IMG/VR virus record: IMGVR_UViG_3300019135_000021
DNA from: an uncultured virus (IMG/VR IMGVR_UViG_3300019135_000021)
Taxonomy: Duplodnaviria > Heunggongvirae > Uroviricota > Caudoviricetes
Length of the DNA: 64,000 bases
Direction: 5' to 3' (one strand)
Of this stretch, positions 19,151 through 29,161 are shown piece by piece; positions within the stretch are counted from its first letter, which is position 1, and every line of letters starts with the position of its first letter. The notes beneath the pieces were generated by a model that searched no databases, had not been told where the DNA came from, and saw only the letters and a program-made list of their open reading frames with translations. A program made the position numbers and the translations under genes.

Positions 19151-19179
19151 TTTACAAAGCACATGACATCAATTAAAAT
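19151..19179 (+). promoter_or_regulatory. promoter of the repressor (sro) operon
   Basis: TTTACA-17bp-TAAAAT. Confidence 0.55.
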
Positions 19180-19224
19180 GAGAATATAACATTATTAATT
19201 AGTTTAGTAGAAAGGAGTTAACCT

Positions 19225-19428
19225 ATGATTCCGTGCGGCAAACAAAGCGAAAGTAATGTTGAGTATTTCAAGTTGGCTTATGAAAGTAAAATGAAGAAGT
19301 ATGGGGAAGAGTGGATTTTCGCCATTGAAAATAAACAAAAACAAGTTATGCGTGAAAAGAAAGAGAAAATTAGAAGAGAGCTTACAAAAGGATATATGGC
19401 GCTACTAAGTGCACAATTAGGAGAATAA
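19225..19428 (+). CDS. small protein, first gene of the repressor operon
   Basis: AAGGAG RBS; position between aimP and yopP. Confidence 0.7.
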   Translation: MIPCGKQSESNVEYFKLAYESKMKKYGEEWIFAIENKQKQVMREKKEKIRRELTKGYMALLSAQLGE

Positions 19429-19431
19429 ATA

Positions 19432-19761
19432 ATGAAAATTCTTGAAAACAAATTAAAAATAGAAGATGATTATATAATTGACGCGATTGACACATTTCAA
19501 AAAGGTAAGTTACATATTAGAGAACAAATCATTCATTCAAATAGCGCTGTTGATCTTTATTATGCTAAATTGCAAATAGATGAATTTTTTAAACAGATCA
19601 ATGATTCAATAAAATTAATTAAAATTACCTGCAGTGATCTGTTTGAGAAGAAAGAAATGAATATGGCTGCCTTAGAGATACTAATTAATATTAGAGAAGA
19701 AGCAAAAAACGAATTTAGCATATTTATTTCTGATAACAATAAACGAATTAAAAGTGTATAA
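19432..19761 (+). CDS. small helical protein of the repressor operon
   Basis: AGGAG RBS; synteny. Confidence 0.7.
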   Translation: MKILENKLKIEDDYIIDAIDTFQKGKLHIREQIIHSNSAVDLYYAKLQIDEFFKQINDSIKLIKITCSDLFEKKEMNMAALEILINIREEAKNEFSIFISDNNKRIKSV

Positions 19762-19799
19762 ATACATAATTCATAATATAAACCAAGGAGGGAAAACAG

Positions 19800-20894
19800 T
19801 TGGGGGCTGTAGTTCAATCGATAAGAAAATACAGGGTGTTCGATGATATTTTAGCTTTTCTAAAGGAAAAAGACACAGATAGCTCAGCTGGAAACATTAA
19901 GGGGTATAACAAAAACAAGAAGAAAAAATCGAAATACGGATTGCACTCTAATACAGCAGTTAACTATTTAAGCGACATTAAGCAGTTTTTTTGGTTTTAC
20001 TGTAAGACTGAAATTGAATTTTTAAAAGAAGAACATCTGTCTTTTAAAAGGTCAGATGTTTTGGCATTTAAACATTATCTTGAGCATAACAAAGGTGCAG
20101 CTAACACAACTATCAATCGAAAGATCGCAGCACTTAAATCATTACATGGTGAACTGAAAAGGCTTTATCCTGACTATGTTGAAGATGATCCTTTTTATAA
20201 CGTTAAAAGGAGCAAAGAAATAAGAAGGACAAGAGCCAATACTTCACAGATCCAAGCAGAAATGATTTGTGACAACATGTTCATTTATGAAAAACAGAAA
20301 CCACTTCTGAAAAAATTATTTGGGTACTTCCTTTTGAGAAGTTCTTTTAGAATATCCGCGGCTCTTGACGTTAGATGGTGTGATATTGAAGTATCTAATG
20401 AGAACCCAGATTGGTTTAGAGTCACTGTCATTGATAAAGGGGCAAAGCTGTGCACTACAGGAATTCACAGAGTGTTTTATGACCAGTTGCTTGAATTAAG
20501 AAGTGATAACACAAAAGACACAGATAGGGTATTCGAGGGACTTACTGAAGATGCATTTAGAGCTTCTCTCAAACGCTCATTAAAAAGTCTGGGCATTCCA
20601 GAAGAAAGCGGGATATCTCCTCACTCATTTAAAGGAGTAGGGATAACGGAAGTATTCGAAGCCACAGGAAATGATTATAGAGCAGCCATGAAACAAGGTA
20701 ATCATAGTAACTTTGATACAACCTTGAGATACTTGAACAGCGAAACAGACATCTCCCAAACGGCGGGGATAATAATGGATGAAGAATTAGACATATCTAT
20801 TCTACAGCAAGTTACTAAAGAAGAGTTCTTAGATTTTTTTGAACAATGTGATAAACAAACATTAAGAAAGGCTTTACAGTTTTTCAATCGTTAA
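19800..20894 (+). CDS. yopP: tyrosine recombinase/integrase-family protein (YopP-like)
   Basis: SAM-like N-domain (TINRKIAALKSL); catalytic R (SSFRISA), K (IDKG), HSFK, GNH, TTLRY. Confidence 0.85.
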   Translation: MGAVVQSIRKYRVFDDILAFLKEKDTDSSAGNIKGYNKNKKKKSKYGLHSNTAVNYLSDIKQFFWFYCKTEIEFLKEEHLSFKRSDVLAFKHYLEHNKGAANTTINRKIAALKSLHGELKRLYPDYVEDDPFYNVKRSKEIRRTRANTSQIQAEMICDNMFIYEKQKPLLKKLFGYFLLRSSFRISAALDVRWCDIEVSNENPDWFRVTVIDKGAKLCTTGIHRVFYDQLLELRSDNTKDTDRVFEGLTEDAFRASLKRSLKSLGIPEESGISPHSFKGVGITEVFEATGNDYRAAMKQGNHSNFDTTLRYLNSETDISQTAGIIMDEELDISILQQVTKEEFLDFFEQCDKQTLRKALQFFNR

Positions 20895-20961
20895 TTCCTA
20901 TAACCTTGATTAAAGTGAGGTGATCTGCTACATTTAACATAGTATTAGGTGAGGTGATATC

Positions 20962-22338
20962 ATGGAATCTCCTGTGATTTTTGATATGGAAGCAGATAAA
21001 AAGTTGATGGAAGAATTAATTGAGACTAAATTAAAAATACAACATGATAATAAATTAATGACAGCATATAGACAAGCTATGATGAAGGACAAATTTCCTC
21101 CAGGGAAAGCGCAAGAACTTTTCAATAAGCTTAGCAGTCCACATGCAAGATTAACGACTGGAGAAAAATATTTTCTCGCGAAAAACCTACACAGGATCAC
21201 TAAAGAGGAAAGAATTTCTCCTGAAAACTATTTCCCTCCGAACAGAATAAAGGATATAGAACTTAACTGGGAAGGCTACAAAACGGATGAAGTATCGTTC
21301 CCGTACACATTTACAGATGTTACAAAGATTGCTTCAGACAATTATTTCTTTAAGGTGAAAGCGAGCGAATTATTTAAGCTTTATGAATCACAATTGCTTC
21401 GCTACAATCCAAAGGCTCAACGAACTGACAGGACAATTCATTTAAAAGAAGTAGATGATGAAATACCCGTTCCTGAGTTGGTTGAGTCTTCAGTCGAAGC
21501 TATAGCGCAATTAACAGAAAAGAACGACTTGATAAAGTCAGTATTGACATTTAACGCACTATTAGGGAGCTCAGAAGAAGGAATCGAGCTTTTATTCGAT
21601 GAGGAAGAAAGAAAAATAACTGTTACTAAAGGCACTCGTTTGGACGTAATTGATGGTTGGCACAGACTGACTGGTATAAGTAGAGCTTTCAGAAGAAATC
21701 CAAATATCAAAGATTTTTATTTGAAAGTTGATTTGTATAACTACACAATGAAAAAAGCAAGAAAACACTTCGGACAACAAAATACCATTAACCCGGTGGC
21801 CAAATCAAAGATCGCGGAAATGAGTGAGAACGATTATCTTTCTGTTGTCATTAACTTTATTAAAGACAACAGTGACATCGGAGAATTAATTAAAGTGAAT
21901 GAGGACAGCATACGCAAGGGAGAGCCTTATATCACCACTTTCGAAAGATGTCTCAAAGGACTAAAAAGGGCTTTGAATACATTTGACTATACAGTTGAAA
22001 ATTTAGCCGAAGCAAGAAAGCTTGGCATGTATTTGACGGACGTATTTAATACGGTTTTTAATTCGTATATAGATGATTTTACAAACCATTCCTTTGGGGA
22101 AAGTAAAAGTGCTATAACAACTTCTCCAGTCATTTTAGGAGTTTTAGCATTGGGGATTAAAATGAAGTTAGAATCAAAATCTGCAGATGATGTGGAGGAT
22201 GTGCTATCTAACTTAGATTTTTCCTTGGATAACAAACTGTGGCGAGAGCTTAAATTAGTAAGCGAGGATACAAAACTAAATAATAATGCAATTAAAGATA
22301 CATTCGAATTTTTTAGTCGGTTGACAACAGAGGTGTAA
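20962..22338 (+). CDS. yopQ: YopQ-like DndB/ParB-fold (DGQHR-type) protein
   Basis: 458 aa; VIDGWHRL motif; synteny. Confidence 0.75.
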   Translation: MESPVIFDMEADKKLMEELIETKLKIQHDNKLMTAYRQAMMKDKFPPGKAQELFNKLSSPHARLTTGEKYFLAKNLHRITKEERISPENYFPPNRIKDIELNWEGYKTDEVSFPYTFTDVTKIASDNYFFKVKASELFKLYESQLLRYNPKAQRTDRTIHLKEVDDEIPVPELVESSVEAIAQLTEKNDLIKSVLTFNALLGSSEEGIELLFDEEERKITVTKGTRLDVIDGWHRLTGISRAFRRNPNIKDFYLKVDLYNYTMKKARKHFGQQNTINPVAKSKIAEMSENDYLSVVINFIKDNSDIGELIKVNEDSIRKGEPYITTFERCLKGLKRALNTFDYTVENLAEARKLGMYLTDVFNTVFNSYIDDFTNHSFGESKSAITTSPVILGVLALGIKMKLESKSADDVEDVLSNLDFSLDNKLWRELKLVSEDTKLNNNAIKDTFEFFSRLTTEV

Positions 22339-22341
22339 ATA

Positions 22342-23343
22342 ATGGAACTGTATAATGATACGGTAAAGAAAAAGTTTATAGAACAAGTCAAAAAGGAAGA
22401 GCAGCCCCAGTTATTATCAATATTCCGAAAAGGTGCAGAACTTGAAGAATATTTGAAAAAAGATATTTACGATTTTAATTCTAAAGAGATTCTTGAGTTC
22501 TTAACTCTGTTGAATAGATCCACGCTTTCTTCTATAATGAGTTGCTGGTCTCACATCACAAGGTATATTGATTGGGCAATTTATCAAAATATCACTAGAG
22601 GTACTACAAATTTGTCTAGAGACTTAACTATTGATGATGTTAAGAACTGCGTTGATGAAGGGAAGAAGCTCTATATTACTTTAAATGAGCTCAAAGAAAT
22701 TTTAAATACCTTAGTGAATCCCAGAGACAGAGCTATGTTAATTCTCCTATTTGAAGGGGTTCAAGGTTTCAAATGCAGTGAAATATTAAATCTTGAAAAA
22801 TCAGATATTGAAAAAGCCTTACAGAATGACAACATTTTAACCGTAACTGATGATAAGCATGGGCAGAGAGATATCAAAGTGAGTGATGAATGTCTTAAAA
22901 TTTGTCTTGAAGCTGCAAATGAACCAGTGTATCAAAAGAAAAATGGATATTCTGAAGCATTTAATAAAGAAACAATATTAGCTGATAATAATTTTGTTAT
23001 TAGAAACCGAAGAACCAATTCAGATAAAGATCAAGAAAGATCTTCGTTTTTTGTCATAATTAACACGATGAGATATATTTTCTCACCAGAGTTTTTTGAT
23101 TATCCATATGTTAACCCAACGAGAATAAATAGGTCTGGTGTTTTATATGAAGGATTTAAAGTGTATAAAGAAAAAGGGAAATTAGAAACAGAAGATTATA
23201 TTAATATAATTCAAAAGAGAAGCGAAAGATATGAAGACATTCATAAAAAGGTTTACAAGGTTAAAGAATATATGAATGAAGAAGAGATTAAAAAATATTA
23301 TGCGAAAGAGCTTGGGATTGAGGGTACTATTAGAATGCGTTAA
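22342..23343 (+). CDS. yopR: master repressor MrpR/YopR (degenerate tyrosine-recombinase fold)
   Basis: 333 aa; RDRAMLILLFEGV...SEILNL; no canonical R-H-R-Y set; synteny. Confidence 0.8.
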   Translation: MELYNDTVKKKFIEQVKKEEQPQLLSIFRKGAELEEYLKKDIYDFNSKEILEFLTLLNRSTLSSIMSCWSHITRYIDWAIYQNITRGTTNLSRDLTIDDVKNCVDEGKKLYITLNELKEILNTLVNPRDRAMLILLFEGVQGFKCSEILNLEKSDIEKALQNDNILTVTDDKHGQRDIKVSDECLKICLEAANEPVYQKKNGYSEAFNKETILADNNFVIRNRRTNSDKDQERSSFFVIINTMRYIFSPEFFDYPYVNPTRINRSGVLYEGFKVYKEKGKLETEDYINIIQKRSERYEDIHKKVYKVKEYMNEEEIKKYYAKELGIEGTIRMR

Positions 23344-23347
23344 AGCA

Positions 23348-23372
23348 GCGTCCGGAATCGGGCGCTTTTTTT
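23348..23372 (+). terminator. intrinsic terminator of the repressor operon
   Basis: GCGTCCG-GAAT-CGGGCGC-T7. Confidence 0.85.
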
Positions 23373-23660
23373 ACTGAAATAAAAATCTTCATTTTTAATA
23401 AAATAAACACAAAAAATATCGGAAAAATCGGATTATACGTGTTTGTTCGACATGATAAGACAAAAGTAGCTATTCTCATGATAAATAATATGTAGTAATA
23501 TAGGCATATGTTAACAGAAGTCAATTGAAACGAATAAGTCTAAAGTCCTTTTTGTAAGTGAGCTATTATTGAACAACCTCTGACTAGGGATATCTAGAGC
23601 ATAAAAATATCTCTGGATATGCTTAGAAAAAAGAGGTATAATAAACTCACGAACAAAAAC

Positions 23661-23674
23661 AGAACACACGTTCT
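23661..23674. promoter_or_regulatory. LexA (SOS) box
   Basis: AGAACACACGTTCT just downstream of a TATAAT near 23637. Confidence 0.65.
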
Positions 23675-23704
23675 TATTTAAATTCATTATAGGATATAGG
23701 GGAA

Positions 23705-23965
23705 ATGAGAATGAAAAAACAAAAGTATTTAAACAATTGTTCTTTGCAAATTGATACAGTCATTGAAAACGCAGCAAGTTCAACTGAGTATTCAAAAAAT
23801 AAAGCGGAGTTTATTCTTGAAAAACTTATGGAGGCATATAAGGTTGTTTTTGTGAAAGTCGACGGAGAAACTGAGGAGTTTGAGATCTGTAACTTGGAAT
23901 ATGAAATTGAGAATACTGAAGAAGATGAATGTGGCCAACCACTGGCCTTAGCTATGGCTAAATAA
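23705..23965 (+). CDS. hypothetical phage protein, possibly SOS-regulated
   Basis: ORF downstream of the LexA box. Confidence 0.65.
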   Translation: MRMKKQKYLNNCSLQIDTVIENAASSTEYSKNKAEFILEKLMEAYKVVFVKVDGETEEFEICNLEYEIENTEEDECGQPLALAMAK

Positions 23966-23977
23966 AAGGGAAAAAGT

Positions 23978-24172
23978 ATGGATATCTCAATAAATGTTGC
24001 TCTAGAGAGCGTAGACATCAAATTAAAAAGCAAAAGTCTTTCATCAAATCAGTTCTCGGCCGTTATGATTCTAAGTGATACAAGTAACAACAATTTAAAA
24101 TTAATTATGCCAATTGAGGATATTGTGAAATTGAGGGATGAAATCAATGAGTTTCTATTCAAAGTGAGATGA
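23978..24172 (+). CDS. hypothetical phage protein
   Basis: ORF. Confidence 0.6.
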   Translation: MDISINVALESVDIKLKSKSLSSNQFSAVMILSDTSNNNLKLIMPIEDIVKLRDEINEFLFKVR

Positions 24173-24239
24173 TGCCACCGGGGTCTCAGTCAATAGGGTT
24201 AAAAAGTAATCAAATTTTATTACTTTTTGAAAATCCCTA

Positions 24240-24268
24240 TTGACTAAACTTTTCCTGCGTTATACAAT
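24240..24268 (+). promoter_or_regulatory. sigmaA promoter
   Basis: TTGACT-17bp-TACAAT, followed by an ATACAAATTAAAAG motif. Confidence 0.75.
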
Positions 24269-24288
24269 TTAAATACAAATTAAAAGGA

Positions 24289-24474
24289 GTGATTGAATTA
24301 GAACTTATTTTTAAAAAAATGGGTAAGATACTTGATTCACACACTAGAGCCTCAAAAAATTTGAAACAGAGTGATTACAGAAGGGTCATTGGTGATTTGC
24401 ACTTTGTTATTGAGAATGCACAAGAGATTGTATACATATTAAATGAATTGATTAGAGAAAAGGAAGAGGGGTAA
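24289..24474 (+). CDS. hypothetical phage protein
   Basis: ORF. Confidence 0.6.
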   Translation: MIELELIFKKMGKILDSHTRASKNLKQSDYRRVIGDLHFVIENAQEIVYILNELIREKEEG

Positions 24475-24755
24475 CATGATCGCTGCATATCCAACAAGAA
24501 TTGAAATTAAAGACTACAGTAAAGTAGGTTTAGTAAAGAGAATAAGAGAAAAGGAGGCAGCTGGATGGGAATGTATTCAACCTATCTCAAAAAGATGTAA
24601 AGAGGAGTTATTACCAACTGTGTCGATAGTGGGCTAAAGTACAAACGAGCGTATGTTAGGCGTTTTGAGCATTATGTTGTTATGAAAAAGACCAAATAAG
24701 CAAATTAAAAGTAAATAAAAGAATATTTTTATACAAATTAAAAGGGGGAATACAT

Positions 24756-25934
24756 ATAACTTCAATTACATTGTCAACAATGCAGCAACAAGCCGTGGAA
24801 AGTATTGAAGATTGGTTTAAAGGGGAGGGTAAAGCACCCTACTTCTTAGCAGGGTATGCTGGGACAGGGAAAACCACACTTGTTAATTACGTAATTGATA
24901 AGTTGAAGATCAAGCTTTCTGAAGTAGCATTTGCATGTTATACGGGAAAAGCGGCACTGGTAGTAACACAGAAAGCTCAAGGAAAGTATAAAGCAAGCAC
25001 GATACACAGTTTGATTTACGACACTTACGTGGATAAAAAAACTGGAGATCTAACTGTAAAGAAAAAATCAAAAGATATGCTGTCACACCTTAAATTAATT
25101 GTAGTTGATGAGGCCTCAATGGTAGATGGGCAGATTATGAGTGATCTGAGGTCTTTTGGAGTAAAGATTCTTTTTATTGGAGATACAGGGCAATTGCCGC
25201 CAGTCTCACAAAATAAAAATGAGGAATTTCTTCAGATGTTCAATAACCCTGATTTCACATTGACAGAAATTCACCGACAAGCTGCAGAGAATCCAATCAT
25301 ATACCTGTCAATGCTTGCGCGAACTAAACAAAAAATTGAACCTGGCGCGTATGGGAAAAACGGCGAAGCGGTAGTGATTACTCATTCGACCTGGGAAACA
25401 ATGAAAGAGCATTTTTACGAGAAAGCAGATCAGATTATTTGTGGTTATAACAGGACAAGAAAGCATTTGAATTCTGAGATAAGAAAGTTCTTAGGATATG
25501 AAAGTGACTTCCCAGTTGAAGGCGATAAAATGATCTGCTTAAAGAATGACTGGAATAAAAATCTTGATGGCATAAGTTTGGTTAATGGTATGACTGGATA
25601 CGTAAGCAAAGTTCATCAAGTAGATGCTGTTAGAGGGAAGCTTAAATACGATTCGACCGTTATTGATTTTCAACCAGATTTTACTGATGATTTTTTCGAT
25701 AAAATTATTATTCCAAATGATTCGTTAACAGATGACGGATTTAAGCTGCAGCCACATGAGCATAAAATTTACAACTCTTTTGATTATGGATACGTGATCA
25801 CTTGCCACAAATCACAAGGATCGCAGTGGGAAAAGGTTGTAGTCATTGATGAAGTCCTAGACAGAGATATGCACCACAGATGGCTCTATACAGCAATAAC
25901 ACGAAGTTCAGAAAAGTTAGTGTTAGTGGTGTAA
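24756..25934 (+). CDS. RecD/Dda-like SF1 ATP-dependent DNA helicase
   Basis: GYAGTGKT, VDEASM, GDTGQLPPV, HKSQGS, YTAITR; SD spacing favours ATA at 24756 (track start TTG 24771). Confidence 0.92.
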   Translation: MTSITLSTMQQQAVESIEDWFKGEGKAPYFLAGYAGTGKTTLVNYVIDKLKIKLSEVAFACYTGKAALVVTQKAQGKYKASTIHSLIYDTYVDKKTGDLTVKKKSKDMLSHLKLIVVDEASMVDGQIMSDLRSFGVKILFIGDTGQLPPVSQNKNEEFLQMFNNPDFTLTEIHRQAAENPIIYLSMLARTKQKIEPGAYGKNGEAVVITHSTWETMKEHFYEKADQIICGYNRTRKHLNSEIRKFLGYESDFPVEGDKMICLKNDWNKNLDGISLVNGMTGYVSKVHQVDAVRGKLKYDSTVIDFQPDFTDDFFDKIIIPNDSLTDDGFKLQPHEHKIYNSFDYGYVITCHKSQGSQWEKVVVIDEVLDRDMHHRWLYTAITRSSEKLVLVV

Positions 25935-25980
25935 AGCTTAATTTGAATAAAAGTAAAACTTTAAACAAATTAAATGGAGG

Positions 25981-26274
25981 ATGAAGATGATTGTCAAAAA
26001 ACAAACCAAAAAGATGGTTATAGAAGTGTTTCATAATTCCTTGGATGAGATGTGGGAAACAATCAAGCAACTGGAACAAGAAGGGTGGTCTGGAAACACA
26101 AGAGTGAGTGTTGTAGGGATGCCTCTCTTTGAATTTAAATTACGTAATGAAGAGGAGGTAAAGAAGTTTAAAGAATTATATCAGACAACAAAAGTGCAAG
26201 AGCCTGAAGAAGATTCACTCTTTGATGACTGTCCGTATGTACTCTATACAATTCATGAACGTGAAATTGAATAA
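25981..26274 (+). CDS. hypothetical phage protein
   Basis: ORF with GGAGG. Confidence 0.7.
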   Translation: MKMIVKKQTKKMVIEVFHNSLDEMWETIKQLEQEGWSGNTRVSVVGMPLFEFKLRNEEEVKKFKELYQTTKVQEPEEDSLFDDCPYVLYTIHEREIE

Positions 26275-26311
26275 AATTGAAGTTTTAAACAAATTAAAAG
26301 GAGTAATATCT

Positions 26312-26482
26312 ATGAGAGAATACTTGTGCATGCAAGATTGGGGAATTGACAGTGGCATTTATTTTGAAAAAGGGAAGAAATACGAGGGCATACCTAGTAA
26401 AGACGGAAGATCAGTTAAAATGTTTGGGGAAGTAGGTATGGTGATAACTTTTCATGAGGGAAGTAAGTACTTTAAAATTTAA
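26312..26482 (+). CDS. hypothetical phage protein
   Basis: AAGGAG RBS before ATG 26312. Confidence 0.65.
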   Translation: MREYLCMQDWGIDSGIYFEKGKKYEGIPSKDGRSVKMFGEVGMVITFHEGSKYFKI

Positions 26483-26529
26483 ATTTTTAATAAAAAGATT
26501 GTTTTAAAGAGAATTGGAGATAGTGAGAT

Positions 26530-26772
26530 ATGAAGTTGAGAATAATGAAATGTTCAGATGTTTCTTACTGGTACAAGGATAAAATCGGTATGTACTTTGA
26601 TGTATTAAATAGAGGGGAAGTAGCACACAGCGTTGATCATGAATTAAATACCGCATTATCAAAAGCTGCTGTTTTAAAAGAGGATGCCATCATTTTTGAA
26701 GATAAAAACATCAATAAAGTGCAACAGTTATTTGAGAAATTAGAATTTCAACTTAAAAAGATTTGCCTATAA
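26530..26772 (+). CDS. hypothetical phage protein
   Basis: ORF. Confidence 0.65.
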   Translation: MKLRIMKCSDVSYWYKDKIGMYFDVLNRGEVAHSVDHELNTALSKAAVLKEDAIIFEDKNINKVQQLFEKLEFQLKKICL

Positions 26773-26781
26773 GAGAAAGAG

Positions 26782-27459
26782 GTGAGTGATATGGTCGATT
26801 TCAAAAAACTAAGCGATCCTGAGTGGATTAAGCAGTGGGAAAAAGAAAAAAGAGAACGTGAGCGGCTTTATGAAGAAAATGAGGCGTTGAGGCAAAAAAC
26901 TGCATGTTTTACTGGTCACAGACCGGACAAGCTTGGAGGGTATGATATGAAAAACCCCACAATGCTGAAATTGAAGGACAAGCTGCTTGAAGTCATTGAA
27001 GACCTGATTACACGAGAAAATAAAAGTCGATTCATTTCAGGAGGAGCGCTCGGAACGGACATAGCTGCATTCTGGTGTGTACATATGCTGAAGAAGAAAC
27101 ATCCTTTTATTGAAAACATTGTCGCGATTCCATTCAGGAATCAAGATAAGGTTTGGTCAGATGAACAGAAGTATTGGTATCAGAGAATGCTTGAGTCGGC
27201 TGATGAAATCGTGAACGTTGAGGAAGTCGATAAGTATAAAACTGATGACGATAATCCAGGTGAATTTTCACTTGCTAAGATGCAGAAACGTAATGAATAT
27301 ATGGTTGACCACAGTCAATCAATAGTGGCCGTCTATGATGGGGGTAAAGGCGGTACAGCGAACTGCTTAAATTATGCAAGGAGATGCTATTTAGGACATC
27401 AAATATGGAGGTTGTATCCTAAATATGACTTTGAGTTAGACATTTCATACGCATATTAA
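26782..27459 (+). CDS. yoqJ: SLOG/YspA (DUF1273) family protein, YoqJ-like
   Basis: CFTGHRP, FISGGALGTD, RNEYMVD, VYDG..GGTANC. Confidence 0.8.
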   Translation: MSDMVDFKKLSDPEWIKQWEKEKRERERLYEENEALRQKTACFTGHRPDKLGGYDMKNPTMLKLKDKLLEVIEDLITRENKSRFISGGALGTDIAAFWCVHMLKKKHPFIENIVAIPFRNQDKVWSDEQKYWYQRMLESADEIVNVEEVDKYKTDDDNPGEFSLAKMQKRNEYMVDHSQSIVAVYDGGKGGTANCLNYARRCYLGHQIWRLYPKYDFELDISYAY

Positions 27460-27635
27460 TTCTAGATACAAGGATTATTTTAACCAAAGAGGGGATGAAA
27501 GTATCGGTTACATCAAATACATATTGGAAACAGCATGGTTTAACTTAGTATGGTTTAAATGGCATTTGGGAGCAGATATAAAAGTGTTTGAGAATTGCAG
27601 CTGGAAAGACTATATAGATTCCAAAAGGAGGGGCA

Positions 27636-27836
27636 TTGATGAATTACAATCTTAATGATAAGACTCTTAAAGAGATTTTTGATTTTTATTTTGAGTCCCA
27701 TGGTCAGAAAGTGGAAGAAGTACAGTTTCTTGAAAACCGTGTCCTTGTAAGAACTAAATCAAAAGTCAATAAGCGTATTGATATTCCTGAATTCATACAT
27801 AAAAGACCACACAAATCAAAATATGCTATTGGATAA
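27636..27836 (+). CDS. hypothetical phage protein
   Basis: AGGAGG RBS. Confidence 0.65.
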   Translation: MMNYNLNDKTLKEIFDFYFESHGQKVEEVQFLENRVLVRTKSKVNKRIDIPEFIHKRPHKSKYAIG

Positions 27837-27882
27837 AACATAAATCAATTAAAAGAACAATTTCGAAAAGGTTTATAAGGAG

Positions 27883-28227
27883 ATGAGGAAACTGGATAAA
27901 ACATCAGAATTATTAAATATATTGAGCATGTATCCAGAAAGAGAACTTATTTTTATGTATCCAAATGAAGGATCTGACCACCCTTACACGCTTGGTTATC
28001 CATCTAGAATTTTAATTGATTCTTATATTACATTGAATGATCGAGTATGGCTATTTAATGAAGAGAAAGACGAATTGTTTGAGGAGATTGCTGATAGTGT
28101 CGCGGAGGATTTATATACGGAATTTCCACTAACTAATGATCAATCAGCTTTTGTAGATAAGCAAGCTAAGAAAAAAATAGAGAATCTAGCGTGGAAAAAA
28201 GCAATAGTGGTTTATATAAAATATTGA
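27883..28227 (+). CDS. hypothetical phage protein
   Basis: ORF. Confidence 0.7.
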   Translation: MRKLDKTSELLNILSMYPERELIFMYPNEGSDHPYTLGYPSRILIDSYITLNDRVWLFNEEKDELFEEIADSVAEDLYTEFPLTNDQSAFVDKQAKKKIENLAWKKAIVVYIKY

Positions 28228-28516
28228 GGTAGTGACTGAGAAAGGATGAGGAAATGAGCGGCATTAACACTAAATTTTCATACAAACAGCTGTACACATT
28301 AAAACGCGCTTTATTGGAGTATGTGCAACGTAAAGGTATAACAGATGATGACTTGAAAAGCGAACAAGATTTGTTACTAAAATTAACTGCCTAATTGAAG
28401 AAATGAAGGAACGTAACAATATTTAGATCTTTGTGATGGACTGAAAGAAAGTGCGGGCGTAAATCGGAAAGTGAAGCTGCTATAGCTGTTAAACGATAAA
28501 GCGAAATAAGGAAAGG

Positions 28517-28717
28517 GTGAAAAGAATGGATTTAGTTGTCTTTAAAAGAGATGTTTTTTTTGAGAATGATCACAGTAATCCCATTTTTAAAAAGGGGAAG
28601 GAATATGAAATATTAAGCGAGGATAAAGAGTTCATATATGTCATTTCTAAGCCGAAAACAAACGAATGTTCACAAGTTCCAAAAGAAGAAGAGGGATTTA
28701 TTTTTGAATACAAGTAA
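28517..28717 (+). CDS. hypothetical phage protein
   Basis: ORF. Confidence 0.6.
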   Translation: MKRMDLVVFKRDVFFENDHSNPIFKKGKEYEILSEDKEFIYVISKPKTNECSQVPKEEEGFIFEYK

Positions 28718-28935
28718 TGCAGCCTCGCCATAACAACGAAACAGACAAGAAGAAAAGAGCATTAAAATTAAATGTGATATGTGTAACCGTTTAGGGGATA
28801 AAGATAAAATGAAAATAGAAATGTCAGGGTTTAGCTGCTTATATTTTCTTAAAAAATGCCATAAAAGCTTAATCATAACAGCATATTGATTAATTCACAC
28901 TTACACAAATCAGCGGCCTACCGGGAAGGTAGGAA

Positions 28936-29148
28936 ATGGACAAAATAAGCGAAATCAAAGAATGTTTTAATGAAGATGAAATCGAGCGCGATGATATGGA
29001 ATGGCTTATCGAACAGGTTGAAAAGGCTGCACAATACAAGATCGCATTGAAAAACATAAGTGATATCTTAGAAGGGCAAAACGTTACTGAATTGATTGAA
29101 AAAATAGCATATGAACTTGCACACTCTGGGATTTATGATAAGGAATAG
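28936..29148 (+). CDS. hypothetical phage protein
   Basis: ORF, WLIEQVE motif. Confidence 0.65.
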   Translation: MDKISEIKECFNEDEIERDDMEWLIEQVEKAAQYKIALKNISDILEGQNVTELIEKIAYELAHSGIYDKE

Positions 29149-29161
29149 AGAGGACGTATAA

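Noticed and set aside
22342..23343. YopR as the phage integrase
   Set aside because: Catalytic residues are degenerate and the family is established as the MrpR repressor.
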